From NCBI GenBank assembly GCA_964610465.1, contig CAZSWA010000001.1, forward strand, positions 79,023 through 143,022: DNA of 64,000 nucleotides, in the 5' to 3' direction. Shown here piece after piece: positions 49,429-58,941 of this stretch. Position numbers and translations under genes: made by a program. The first letter of the stretch is position 1. Each line of letters opens with the position of its first letter. The notes below the pieces were generated by a model that did no database searches, was not told where the DNA came from, and saw only the letters and a program-made list of their open reading frames with translations. This stretch comes from an uncultured Gammaproteobacteria bacterium. Lineage in GTDB: Bacteria; Patescibacteriota; Microgenomatia; Levybacterales; UBA12049.

Positions 49429-50889
49429 ATGGATGAAAATATTGTTTTTAACAATCAACAACAAACTTCGCAGCCGTCTGCTTCATCTCAACCTGTGTCT
49501 TCTCCTCCATCAGGAAATGCTGGAGAAAACCCACCTACTCCACCCACTACGCCTCCAGCAAAAAGTGTAATAAATACAATGTCTAAAGAGTTACTCCTAA
49601 AAATAGGAATTGGGATAGGAATTTTTTTTGTTTTTGTTATCTTCTTTATGCTTATTTCATCCCTATTAGGTGGAAAGATATCTTCAGGAAAAGTGACAAT
49701 TCAAGTATGGGGTCTTTGGGAAAGTCAAAATGTTATGAATGCAGTAATTGCCGATTTTGAGAAAAAATATCCGAATATCAAGGTTGAATATCAACAACAA
49801 GATGCAAAACAATATCGTGATAAGCTAACTACCAGAATAAAGAATGGGAATGGGCCGGACATATTTGTATACCATAATACATGGTTGCCAATGATAGCAG
49901 ATATAGTATCACCTTTACCTCAAACGGTGATACAGCCTGATGAGTTTAACAAAATTTACTATCCGGTTATACAACATGATTTGGTAAAAAATGGCGCTAT
50001 CTATGGTATTCCAATGGGAATTGATACCCTTTCATTGTTTATAAACAAAGATATGTTTTCACCTTTTAACCCTACAGGTCCTCAAGTTCCTGCTACATGG
50101 GAAGATTTTGATAAAGTATCAAAACAACTTACAGTCAAAGATACAAATGGACGAATACAAACAGCAGGTGCTGCTCTTGGTACCTATGATAATATTACCC
50201 ATGCTCCAGATATCATTTCTATGATGCTTGCACAGCTTGGAGTAGATTTCAATAAACTGACGACTTCTACACAAAATATCAGTGATACATTTAACTTTTA
50301 TACTCATTTTGCAAAAGGTGACAATAGCGTTTGGGATCCAACTCTTGATAACTCTCTTCTTGCATTTTCGCGGGGAAAGTTAGCTATGTATATAGGATAT
50401 TCCTGGGACATTTTTGCAATACAAGCATTAAATAAAGATATTAACTTCAAGATATATCCTATTCCAAGCTTACCTGGCAGTAACGCAACCATTGCAAGTT
50501 ACTGGGTGCAAGGAGTATCTATGCAAAGTCAGCATCAAAAAGAAGCATTTACATTTATGAATTATATGACTCAGAAAGATACATCACAACTCATCTATGC
50601 TGAAGAATCAAAAGTGAGACTCTTTGGTGAACCGTATGCACGAGTTGATTTGGCAAACACATTGAAAGGAAATGACTTAGTGTATCCATTTGTACAACAA
50701 GCAAGTTCTGCAAAGTCTTCCTATTTTGCAAGTGATACCCATGATGGAGATGGAGGACTCAATTCATCACTTAATACCTATCTTGGGAATGCAATAAATA
50801 GCATAGTAAATGATAATTCCTCAACTCAAACGGTTGTAGATACCTTACTCAAAGGTACTGTACAGGTGGGACAAAAATATGCAAACTAG
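49429..50889 (+). CDS. Membrane-anchored sugar-type extracellular solute-binding protein
   Basis: Pro-rich N-terminus, TM, GPDIF, LFINKDMF, PATWEDF, FSRGKLAM. Confidence 0.85.
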   Translation: MDENIVFNNQQQTSQPSASSQPVSSPPSGNAGENPPTPPTTPPAKSVINTMSKELLLKIGIGIGIFFVFVIFFMLISSLLGGKISSGKVTIQVWGLWESQNVMNAVIADFEKKYPNIKVEYQQQDAKQYRDKLTTRIKNGNGPDIFVYHNTWLPMIADIVSPLPQTVIQPDEFNKIYYPVIQHDLVKNGAIYGIPMGIDTLSLFINKDMFSPFNPTGPQVPATWEDFDKVSKQLTVKDTNGRIQTAGAALGTYDNITHAPDIISMMLAQLGVDFNKLTTSTQNISDTFNFYTHFAKGDNSVWDPTLDNSLLAFSRGKLAMYIGYSWDIFAIQALNKDINFKIYPIPSLPGSNATIASYWVQGVSMQSQHQKEAFTFMNYMTQKDTSQLIYAEESKVRLFGEPYARVDLANTLKGNDLVYPFVQQASSAKSSYFASDTHDGDGGLNSSLNTYLGNAINSIVNDNSSTQTVVDTLLKGTVQVGQKYAN

Positions 50890-51778
50890 TGAAAAAGCAG
50901 TATTAAAGACACTTCTATATAGTGATATTTTTGAATTTCCACTTACAGAACAAGAGATTTGGCAGTATGTAGTATCTGATAAAAATATTACAAAGGAAGA
51001 AATAAAATCCTCTCTTTCGCACCTACGGAGTAAACTGTCTGCTTTAAATGGACTTTATTCTATAAAGGGAAAAGAAAAACATATAAGAGAAAGAATGGCT
51101 TTGAGAAAATTACTTAAGACAAAACTATCCATTGCACAATATGCTTCACATTATTTATCTTATATTCCGACAATATATTTTATAGGGATAAGTGGCGGAT
51201 TGGCAGCAGAGGATATAAAAGAAACAGATGATATTGATTTTTTTATTATTGTGAAAAACAACTGTATTTGGATAACAAGGCTTATGATATTGGCAGTATT
51301 AGAACTATTACAACTAAGGAGAAAAAGAGACGATAAAAATGGAGCAAACAAAATATGTGTAAATATGATAATCGATGAAAGTCAATTAGTATGGCCTGAT
51401 ATAAGACGTGATATCTATAATGCGAGAGAATTAGTTCAATTAAAACCTCTTTTTGAACGGCATACTATGCATAGAAAATTACTAGAGAGCAATAAATGGG
51501 TTTCCAAATTCTTTTTCAATGCCTATCAATTGTTACAAAGAACACAAATTCAAGAAGAACAAAGAACATATATGATAATAAAAATAATTTCATTTTTTAT
51601 TAATCTTTCATTGACACAATATATAGCAAAGGTTATACAAAAAATCTATATGAAAAAAACTAGAACAACAGAAACCATTTCAGATTCATTTCTTGCATTT
51701 CATCCTTATGACTATCGAAAACAAATTATAAAAAATCTTCACAAGAAATTTGCAGAATATAAGTTATTGACAAACTAA
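50879..51778 (+). CDS. Hypothetical protein with Pol-beta-like nucleotidyltransferase motif
   Basis: GISGGLA...DDIDFFII; YSDIFEFPLT N-terminus. Confidence 0.7.
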   Translation: MQTSEKAVLKTLLYSDIFEFPLTEQEIWQYVVSDKNITKEEIKSSLSHLRSKLSALNGLYSIKGKEKHIRERMALRKLLKTKLSIAQYASHYLSYIPTIYFIGISGGLAAEDIKETDDIDFFIIVKNNCIWITRLMILAVLELLQLRRKRDDKNGANKICVNMIIDESQLVWPDIRRDIYNARELVQLKPLFERHTMHRKLLESNKWVSKFFFNAYQLLQRTQIQEEQRTYMIIKIISFFINLSLTQYIAKVIQKIYMKKTRTTETISDSFLAFHPYDYRKQIIKNLHKKFAEYKLLTN

Positions 51779-51795
51779 AAAATATCTTTTATACT
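51767..51795 (+). promoter_or_regulatory. Sigma70 promoter for greA
   Basis: TTGACA-17 nt-TATACT. Confidence 0.8.
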
Positions 51796-51821
51796 GAGCC
51801 TGCAATCACGCAAACTATGTT

Positions 51822-51850
51822 TCCCTCATCACAATTGAGGGATTTCTTTT
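51822..51850 (+). terminator. Leader hairpin/terminator upstream of greA
   Basis: TCCCTCA-tcacaat-TGAGGGA followed by TTTCTTTT, between the promoter and the ATG. Confidence 0.65.
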
Positions 51851-51856
51851 AGATAT

Positions 51857-52324
51857 ATGGATAAGAAGATATATTTAACAAAAGAAGGTTTAGAGGAGCT
51901 TAAAAAAGAATACGAACAATTAGTAAAAGAAAGAAGACCTGAAGTGGTTGTGCGCCTTTCTATAGCACGAGATATGGGTGACCTATCAGAGAATGCAGAA
52001 TATACTGCTGCGCGGGAAGAATTATCTTTTATTGATGGAAGAATAGATGAGCTTGAGGAAATAATTAAGCAAGCAGTTCTTATTAGTCAGATTTCTTCAA
52101 AAGGAGCAAAAACTGTCAATATAGGCTCTAAAGTTACCGTAAAACTTGATGGAAAAAAAGAAATTTTTACTGTAGTAGGCGAATGGGAAGCAGATCCAAA
52201 AGAGAAAAAAATTTCACATGCATCTCCTCTTGGAAAAGCATTAATGGGGAAAGGTATAGGAGAACATGTAGAAGTACAAGCTCCCGCTGGAAAGATTCTT
52301 TATACAATACTCTCTATAAGTTAA
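51857..52324 (+). CDS. greA: Transcription elongation factor GreA
   Basis: LTKEG, GDLSENAEY, ISHASPLGKAL. Confidence 0.97.
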   Translation: MDKKIYLTKEGLEELKKEYEQLVKERRPEVVVRLSIARDMGDLSENAEYTAAREELSFIDGRIDELEEIIKQAVLISQISSKGAKTVNIGSKVTVKLDGKKEIFTVVGEWEADPKEKKISHASPLGKALMGKGIGEHVEVQAPAGKILYTILSIS

Positions 52325-52402
52325 CTATTTATTTTCCCGTTTAAATAGATATAGCAAATAATGATGTTGTACCTACTGTCTTGCTTCAAGTAATTTCCCA
52401 AT

Positions 52403-52924
52403 CTACATTCTTTCTTTTGAAGGCAAATGAGGTTTGATTTTTTCACCAATATACAGTGGTTGTAAAGGTTCACTCGCATCTGTTTTCCCTCCATAAATTG
52501 CAGTATGTTGTGTTAACTCTGCAATGATTTTCGCATCATTTGCAATATGGATTTTTGAGTATTCTTCTAGCTTTCCAGTATCGTATACTTCAGATAATGG
52601 ATACAGACCAACTTGTTCATCATCAAAAAGACCAGTTTCTCGAACGAGACGAATATCTCCTAAATTTTCTGGAACATAATTTTCAAAAGCACAGATAAGT
52701 GTTAATGTACGTTCACCTGTTCTCCATCCCTCTTTATTGGAATTATATGAGGGGTCTCTTTCTGATGGATCAGTAAGAGTATCTCTAAAAGAGACAGAAA
52801 CGAAACCACGCAACAGGTGAGTAATTGCTTGGGATGGATTTTCTCGCACTTCTTCGAAGCTAAGATCATCTGTTTTGGTGTGTTTTTTAATAACTATTTT
52901 TTTGCTTTGCTCAATTTTGTCCAT
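52403..52924 (-). CDS. Hypothetical (orphan) protein
   Basis: 173-aa ORF; TTGACA...TATAAT upstream on the minus strand. Confidence 0.65.
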   Translation of the reverse strand: MDKIEQSKKIVIKKHTKTDDLSFEEVRENPSQAITHLLRGFVSVSFRDTLTDPSERDPSYNSNKEGWRTGERTLTLICAFENYVPENLGDIRLVRETGLFDDEQVGLYPLSEVYDTGKLEEYSKIHIANDAKIIAELTQHTAIYGGKTDASEPLQPLYIGEKIKPHLPSKERM

Positions 52925-53007
52925 TGTTAGCTAATCCAGAAACAGTGAGGTTTATTATACTATATTCCTCTGTCAAATTTGAAGCTGTTATAGTACAATA
53001 AAGCAGT

Positions 53008-54192
53008 ATGGCGCGGAAGAAAATAAGTGAATATAAAACAAAAAAACTCTTGCATGACTATTTACATACCCATTATGAAGGAATGCGTTTTGAAAGTAAT
53101 AAGGATGAGTTGTCACTTATAGATACATTAGATGCAAAGAAAAAATATGTCCTCAAAGTGGACGAAGGCGTTAAAAAAAGATTTAGAAAAGGATTGGTTT
53201 TACTTAACAAAACACCTTTGGAAATAAAAGAGGAATTAAAAAGAATTCAGGAAACAGGATACAAAAATTTCATTATTGAACCATTTTTATCACACGCAGA
53301 AGAGAGTGAAAAATATCTTTCAATTGAACGAGTACGCGAAGGATATCTGGTATTTTATTTTGAAAAAGGCGGAATAGATATTGAGAATTATAGAAAAGAT
53401 ATTAAAAAAAGTATTTTATCTTCATATTCTGACGGAGAAGAAATTACAAAATATTTAGGTATTGATAAAAATCTTTTTGAAAGTATTTTGAAATTTTTTG
53501 ATGAATATTATTTCTCGTTTCTTGAAATAAATCCTCTGGTTATCCAAAACAATAGAATCATCTTTCTTGATATTGCAAGTGAAGTAGATAGTGCAGGAGA
53601 ATTTTTTGTGCATAACGGATGGGATAGCGAAGATTTCCAAGAAGGAAAAGAGATACAGAAAACTGATGAAGAAAAAAATATTGATGAATTATCAAGAAAA
53701 AGTCAGGCCTCATTTAAATTAGAAGTACTAAATCCCAACGGAAGTATTTTCATGCTTTTATCAGGAGGAGGAGCAAGTATCGTTCTTGCAGATGAAACAT
53801 ATAATTTAGGATATGGGAAGGCTGTTGCCAACTATGGAGAATATAGCGGTAATCCGAATGAAGAAGAAGCATATTTGTATACCAAAAATTTATTAAGTCT
53901 TCTCCTTAAGTCAAATGTACAAAAAAAAGTTTTGATTATTGGTGGAGGAGTTGCAAATTTTACTAATATTTTAATAACCTTTAAGGGTGTCATTGCAGCA
54001 TTAAAAGAAGTCGCAGAAAAACTTAAGGAACAGCAAGTTAAAGTATTTGTGAGACGAGGAGGACCAAATCAAGAAGAAGGACTAAAAGTAATGGAGCAAT
54101 TTCTAAATGAAAACGGAATTTTAGGTGCAGTTCGCGATCCAAAAACTTCTTTACCAGAAATAATAACACTTGCAATAAAAGAGTTACAATAA
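53008..54192 (+). CDS. aclB: ATP-citrate lyase beta subunit (ATP-grasp and citrate-binding)
   Basis: LEINPL, LNPNGSI, GGGASIV, NYGEYSGNP, IGGGVANFT, VRRGGPN. Confidence 0.93.
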   Translation: MARKKISEYKTKKLLHDYLHTHYEGMRFESNKDELSLIDTLDAKKKYVLKVDEGVKKRFRKGLVLLNKTPLEIKEELKRIQETGYKNFIIEPFLSHAEESEKYLSIERVREGYLVFYFEKGGIDIENYRKDIKKSILSSYSDGEEITKYLGIDKNLFESILKFFDEYYFSFLEINPLVIQNNRIIFLDIASEVDSAGEFFVHNGWDSEDFQEGKEIQKTDEEKNIDELSRKSQASFKLEVLNPNGSIFMLLSGGGASIVLADETYNLGYGKAVANYGEYSGNPNEEEAYLYTKNLLSLLLKSNVQKKVLIIGGGVANFTNILITFKGVIAALKEVAEKLKEQQVKVFVRRGGPNQEEGLKVMEQFLNENGILGAVRDPKTSLPEIITLAIKELQ

Positions 54193-54196
54193 AAAT

Positions 54197-55990
54197 ATGT
54201 TAGATATCGCAAGACTTAGAAAAAACAAACTACATATTATTTCCATTGGAAGTTATCCATCAATCATCCAATCGATATTGGATTTTGATTATCTTGTAGG
54301 AAAACAAACACCAAGTATAAAAGCAATTATTGCAACAGGACGCAATAGTGAACGATATTTTTGGGGAAAGAAAGAAATTCTTTTGCCGGTTTTTACTAGT
54401 GCGCAAAGTATTCCTCAGAAAGATTCCATTAATTTTTTTCTTAATCTTTCATCGGGTCGTAGAGTTTTTGCTTCAACTTGTGAATTATTAGATATATTGC
54501 CTGCTATGTTAGGAGGAGTTGTTTTTGCTGAAAACGTTCCTGAACAACATGCAATAGCACTTTACCAAAAAATAAAAGACAGTGACAGATTTATTGTCGG
54601 TCCGGCAAGTATAGGAGTTCTTATCCCGAATATGATAAAAGCAGGTGCAATTGGTGGAGTAGATGCGAGACAATTTGTGGAATCCTCCCTTTTTGATTCG
54701 GGAAGTGTTGCAGTTCTTTCATCATCAGGAGGAATGACCAATGAATTGATTCGTACAGTAGCACAAAGCGGAAAAAGACTTTCTTTTGCATTGTCTTTTG
54801 GCGGTGAAAGATTTCCTATAACTACTCCAAAAGACGCATTTCTTGCAGCAGAAAAAGATGACAATACAAAAACTATCGTATACTTTGGCGAATTGGGAGG
54901 GACTGATGAATTTGATATCGCAGATTTACTACAATCAAAAAAAGTAACAAAACCGGTTGTGTGTTATATCGCAGGAGTTATTGCAGACATATTTCCTACT
55001 CCACCTCAATTTGGTCATGCCAAAGCATTGGCACAAAAAGAAAATGAAACTGCACAAGAGAAAAGAGATGTTCTAAAAAAAGCGGGTGCAAAAGTTGCTG
55101 ATTCATACACTCAATTTCTTGAGTTTATCAAGGACATAGAAGATACCTCTATGAAAAGTGAAAGAGAATATACTACAATAATTAAGTCTATGGAAAACAG
55201 ACAACATGCGCTTATCACAACAAGTATCTCAGGGGATAAAGATGGGAATCCCCAGATTTTGGGTGAGAATTTATTAGATGCTGCCAAAAATAATTCGTTT
55301 GCGGCAATTGTTGGTTCGTTATTCTTAGGACAAAAAATAAAATCAAAAGAGCTTGAAGAGTTTGTTGATTTTGTTCTCAGACTTCTTGTTGATCACGGAC
55401 CTTATGTGTCAGGTGCTGTCAATACCATCATTTCAGCTCGCGCCGGACGGGATTTAGTATCAGCCCTTAGTACTGGACTTTTAACTATTGGTCCGCGTTT
55501 TGGTGGCGCAATAAACCAAGCAGCAGAGAATTGGATACAAGGAGTTACGACTTCTCAAGATCAATCTCTATTTGTTGAAGATTTTGCAACACACAAAAAA
55601 TATATTTCAGGAATAGGGCACAAGAAATACAGAATAGATTTGCCAGACCCAAGAGTTAAAGAAATCTTAAGATTTGCAGAAAAACTTGAGGAAAAAAGAT
55701 TTACGAATTTTGCTCTTGCAATTGAAAAAATCACAACTGCAAAAAAAGGAAATTTAATCTTAAATGTTGATGGTGCAATTGCAGCAGTGCTTTTGGATAT
55801 TCTTTCAGAAAGAGAACACCTACAGGATGATGAATTACAAAAACTTACCCAGATAGAATTCTTCAATGGTTTGTTTGTCCTTTCCCGTTCTGTTGGCTTT
55901 ATGGCACATTATTTTGATCAGAAACGATTGGATGAAGGATTGTTTAGATTGGATGAGAATTTAGTAGCAGAAGTTGGAGAAAAAGAATAA
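54197..55990 (+). CDS. aclA: ATP-citrate lyase alpha subunit
   Basis: GPASIG, SGGMTNEL, QFGHA (phospho-His), DHGPYVSGA, GPRFGGA, GIGH, NLILNVDG. Confidence 0.93.
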   Translation: MLDIARLRKNKLHIISIGSYPSIIQSILDFDYLVGKQTPSIKAIIATGRNSERYFWGKKEILLPVFTSAQSIPQKDSINFFLNLSSGRRVFASTCELLDILPAMLGGVVFAENVPEQHAIALYQKIKDSDRFIVGPASIGVLIPNMIKAGAIGGVDARQFVESSLFDSGSVAVLSSSGGMTNELIRTVAQSGKRLSFALSFGGERFPITTPKDAFLAAEKDDNTKTIVYFGELGGTDEFDIADLLQSKKVTKPVVCYIAGVIADIFPTPPQFGHAKALAQKENETAQEKRDVLKKAGAKVADSYTQFLEFIKDIEDTSMKSEREYTTIIKSMENRQHALITTSISGDKDGNPQILGENLLDAAKNNSFAAIVGSLFLGQKIKSKELEEFVDFVLRLLVDHGPYVSGAVNTIISARAGRDLVSALSTGLLTIGPRFGGAINQAAENWIQGVTTSQDQSLFVEDFATHKKYISGIGHKKYRIDLPDPRVKEILRFAEKLEEKRFTNFALAIEKITTAKKGNLILNVDGAIAAVLLDILSEREHLQDDELQKLTQIEFFNGLFVLSRSVGFMAHYFDQKRLDEGLFRLDENLVAEVGEKE

Positions 55991-55994
55991 TAAA

Positions 55995-56462
55995 CTATTC
56001 TACTTTAAATCCATGTTCTCCTCCAAATTTTCCTAGAGCTTCCTTGACTCTTTCTTCTAAATCATGTGGTGTATCTTCACGCATACTAAATACAAGTTGA
56101 TAACCTGCTGGAAATTCTTTTTGACCAGGAGTAATTTTAGTTATTAATTGAAGTCCTGCTTCTTGCTCATAGCGTTCTCTTAGTACTCTATATATTTTTT
56201 TGGCTTTCTCATAATCTTCTATATTTGAATAATATGTTCCTCCTAAAGAGTTAGGATACTCATGATATCTTCTAAAATCCTCAATGCTTTTATCAAATAA
56301 ATAATATTCGGTAAAATATCTTCTAGTTCCCATTATTACTTGAGTAATGCCGTTACGAGTGTGCTCTCTATCTAGGGTAACTTTAAGTAATTTTTCTGGG
56401 TTTTCTTGTTCTTTTCTTTTTGTTTCTTCTGATGGGATTCTATTTTCACCCTGTTCTTTCAT
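55995..56462 (-). CDS. Hypothetical (orphan) protein
   Basis: ORF of about 155 aa; ATG 56462 (MKEQGEN) preferred over TTG 56492. Confidence 0.6.
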   Translation of the reverse strand: MKEQGENRIPSEETKRKEQENPEKLLKVTLDREHTRNGITQVIMGTRRYFTEYYLFDKSIEDFRRYHEYPNSLGGTYYSNIEDYEKAKKIYRVLRERYEQEAGLQLITKITPGQKEFPAGYQLVFSMREDTPHDLEERVKEALGKFGGEHGFKVE

Positions 56463-56557
56463 ATTCCATAGGATTATATCATTAGTAGACAAAAATACAA
56501 TTTGGCATAGTTATTTGCTTATTCTTACTAAATTATTTACAATTAAGCCACAAGTGT

Positions 56558-57526
56558 ATGCAAATACATCAAGATTTTGACCTTTCAAAGGTTCTTTGGT
56601 ATCAAATCGGAGGGAAGGCGAGGTATTTTATCCAAGCTGAGAATAGAGAAGATATTGAGAGGACAGTAGATTTTGCTGACAAGAACAACGTTACCAAACT
56701 TTTTATTTGCGGACTTGGTTCAAATCTTATTTTTACCGACGAATATTTTGACGGATTGGTATTACAAATTAGTCTTAAAGATAAAGGGAAAACAATACAA
56801 CTATCAAATGAAGGGTTTGTTGAATGTTTTGCGGGTGAAGAATTAGATAGTCTTATCCAATTTGCGTTTGCAAATAACTTAACAGGTTTTGAATGGGCTG
56901 GAGGATTACCCGGAACTGTGGGTGCTGGGATAAGAGGAAATGTTGGTGCGTTTGGAGGAGAAATAAAAGACGCATTCTTTGATACTGAAGTAATGCAACT
57001 CTATAAAACTTCTTTTTCATTTCTAAACTATAAATACCATGATATGCATTTTTCTTATAGAAATAGTCTTATTAAAGAAGCGCGGAATCTCATCATTGTA
57101 CAAGCAAAATTTTTTCTAAAACATGCAACAAGTGAAGAATTACAAAAAGCAAAAGAGAAATATGAAGAAAATATTTTGTATCGCAAAACTCACCATCCGC
57201 TTGAATATCCAACCTGTGGCTCTGTTTTTAAAAATATAAAAGAGCCAGAACATGTCCAAAAAATTCTTTCTGTCTGGCCAGATATAGAAGAGAAAGTAGA
57301 ACGAAATTGGTATGGGAAAGTATCAATGGGATATGTAATAAAACGTCTTGGTTTTTCAGGATATAAAGTTGGAGGTATGCAAGTGTCAGAAAAGCACGCC
57401 AATTTTATCGTGAATTTAGGAGAGGCAAAAGCAAAAGATGTCAAAACAATTATCAAAACAATCCAGGAAAAAGTATTTGAAGCATTCGGGTTTATTCCAG
57501 AAATTGAGGTAGAGATAGTAGAGTAA
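56558..57526 (+). CDS. murB: UDP-N-acetylenolpyruvoylglucosamine reductase
   Basis: IGGKA, GLGSNL, GLPGTVGA, FSYRNS, GSVFKN, VSEKHANF. Confidence 0.96.
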   Translation: MQIHQDFDLSKVLWYQIGGKARYFIQAENREDIERTVDFADKNNVTKLFICGLGSNLIFTDEYFDGLVLQISLKDKGKTIQLSNEGFVECFAGEELDSLIQFAFANNLTGFEWAGGLPGTVGAGIRGNVGAFGGEIKDAFFDTEVMQLYKTSFSFLNYKYHDMHFSYRNSLIKEARNLIIVQAKFFLKHATSEELQKAKEKYEENILYRKTHHPLEYPTCGSVFKNIKEPEHVQKILSVWPDIEEKVERNWYGKVSMGYVIKRLGFSGYKVGGMQVSEKHANFIVNLGEAKAKDVKTIIKTIQEKVFEAFGFIPEIEVEIVE

Positions 57527-57551
57527 TTTATGGTATAATAAGTCTAAGACA

Positions 57552-57655
57552 ATGAATACCTTGAGTATAATCGTTACCTCTGTTAAGAAACCTCTCTCGT
57601 AAGGGGGAAGTTTTTGCCGTGGTAAAAATGAACCCCTTATATAAGGGGTTTTTTT
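57552..57655 (+). promoter_or_regulatory. Putative leader-peptide transcription attenuator
   Basis: Extended -10 TGGTATAAT (57531-39); uORF MNTLSIIVTSVKKPLS* (57552-57602); terminator AACCCCTTAT/ATAAGGGGTT+T5 (57631-55); competing TAAGGGG (57600-06). Confidence 0.65.
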
Positions 57656-57668
57656 GTGGAGAAAAAAT

Positions 57669-58934
57669 ATGCAAAATGAAATTTTAAGACAGCTCACAAA
57701 CAATGAATACCTTGAGAGAACTTCTTGGGAACAAGAAGATGTTCGGCGAGGAAAAAATCTTTCTTATTTTTCAGAAAGTGTTATTCAGGATGATTGGGTG
57801 AAACAAGCACTTGTGCAATCAGTACATCTTAATAGTGAACTTACTGAAGCAAAATACCTTGCTCCGTTTCATGAGCCTGCATCTGTTTTTCGTGGAGCAT
57901 TTTCAATTGATGTAATTGATCCTATTTCAATCATTCCCAATAAAGATTTTTATACCGATCCTCCTGAAAGAATCTTATCTGTTTTTGCATCAAGTTCTGT
58001 TCGTCGTGGGAAAAAAGAGTTATTTGCTGATTATATTAGCGAGATTAAACAAAAACTTTACCATTATACAAGAAAAGCAAATCCTGTTGAGTTTGTTCTG
58101 CCAACGCTTCCATTTAAAGATCAAAATCCTTTCACAACAAGACATAGTATTGATGCAGTTGATTTAGGAGAATATCTCTTTTTTGCTCAACTTCGGGATA
58201 TTACTACTGCTATAACAGAGACATATCCACCAGGAGTAAGAATTACACTTCTTACAGATGGTTTAGTGTATAAAGACTTATTTGCAAATGGGCAACGAAA
58301 TGCGATAGAAGAATATAGAAGAAACTGCCAACAGATTAGGGATGAGATGGGTTTAAAAGGAGTTATCGATATTGTTGATATGGAATGCATTGTGGGAAAA
58401 GATGCGGACTTCTATGATATACAACAAAAAATGCAAGAGAGGATACAAATACTAAGCGAATCAGATACAACAGTTGCATTACATATACGATCTCTTGCTC
58501 ATGGAATGCGTTGGAATATACCAATACACGGACATTCATATGATGAGTATAGACAAATGTTTGAGCAAAATAACCTTTCTCAAGAAATAACTAAGCAGAC
58601 CTACAATACTGCAGTAAACTATGCATCATTTCTCCTTGCAATGAGACGTACGCGAGCTATTGAACGAGCATTTCCTCATGCTGTGAGATTGACAGTACAT
58701 CCCAAAAAAGCACCACAAATACCGATTCATTTAGTAAATAATCGTTCCATAATATTTCCTTATAATGGCGTACCAGTTGTGTCAGAGAAAAGAATGGAAG
58801 AAACTAAAAATATCAGACAATCAACGAAAATAATGAGATTTGCCGATGTGTTAGATTTTCCATCAGCAAAAGCCGTCTATGTCGCTGATAAAGCTGAACC
58901 ATTCTATTATCAAATTGATGAAAGGAGTGTATAA
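57669..58934 (+). CDS. DIT1/PvcA (isonitrile synthase) family protein
   Basis: FVLPTLPFKDQNP, DLGE, YPPGVRITLLTDGLVY, VRLTVHPK, FPYNGVPV parallel the family motifs LPAFPxKS, D.GE, Y.PG..I...SDG.VF, IRLSIHP, PWH; ATG 57669 preferred. Confidence 0.8.
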   Translation: MQNEILRQLTNNEYLERTSWEQEDVRRGKNLSYFSESVIQDDWVKQALVQSVHLNSELTEAKYLAPFHEPASVFRGAFSIDVIDPISIIPNKDFYTDPPERILSVFASSSVRRGKKELFADYISEIKQKLYHYTRKANPVEFVLPTLPFKDQNPFTTRHSIDAVDLGEYLFFAQLRDITTAITETYPPGVRITLLTDGLVYKDLFANGQRNAIEEYRRNCQQIRDEMGLKGVIDIVDMECIVGKDADFYDIQQKMQERIQILSESDTTVALHIRSLAHGMRWNIPIHGHSYDEYRQMFEQNNLSQEITKQTYNTAVNYASFLLAMRRTRAIERAFPHAVRLTVHPKKAPQIPIHLVNNRSIIFPYNGVPVVSEKRMEETKNIRQSTKIMRFADVLDFPSAKAVYVADKAEPFYYQIDERSV

Positions 58935-58941
58935 TACTGGT

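Noticed and set aside
58879-58941. Longer lysS N-terminus overlapping the PvcA-like gene
   Set aside because: Class I LysRS typically begins at the M-x-WAD motif, and TATAAT lies 6 nt before ATG 58942
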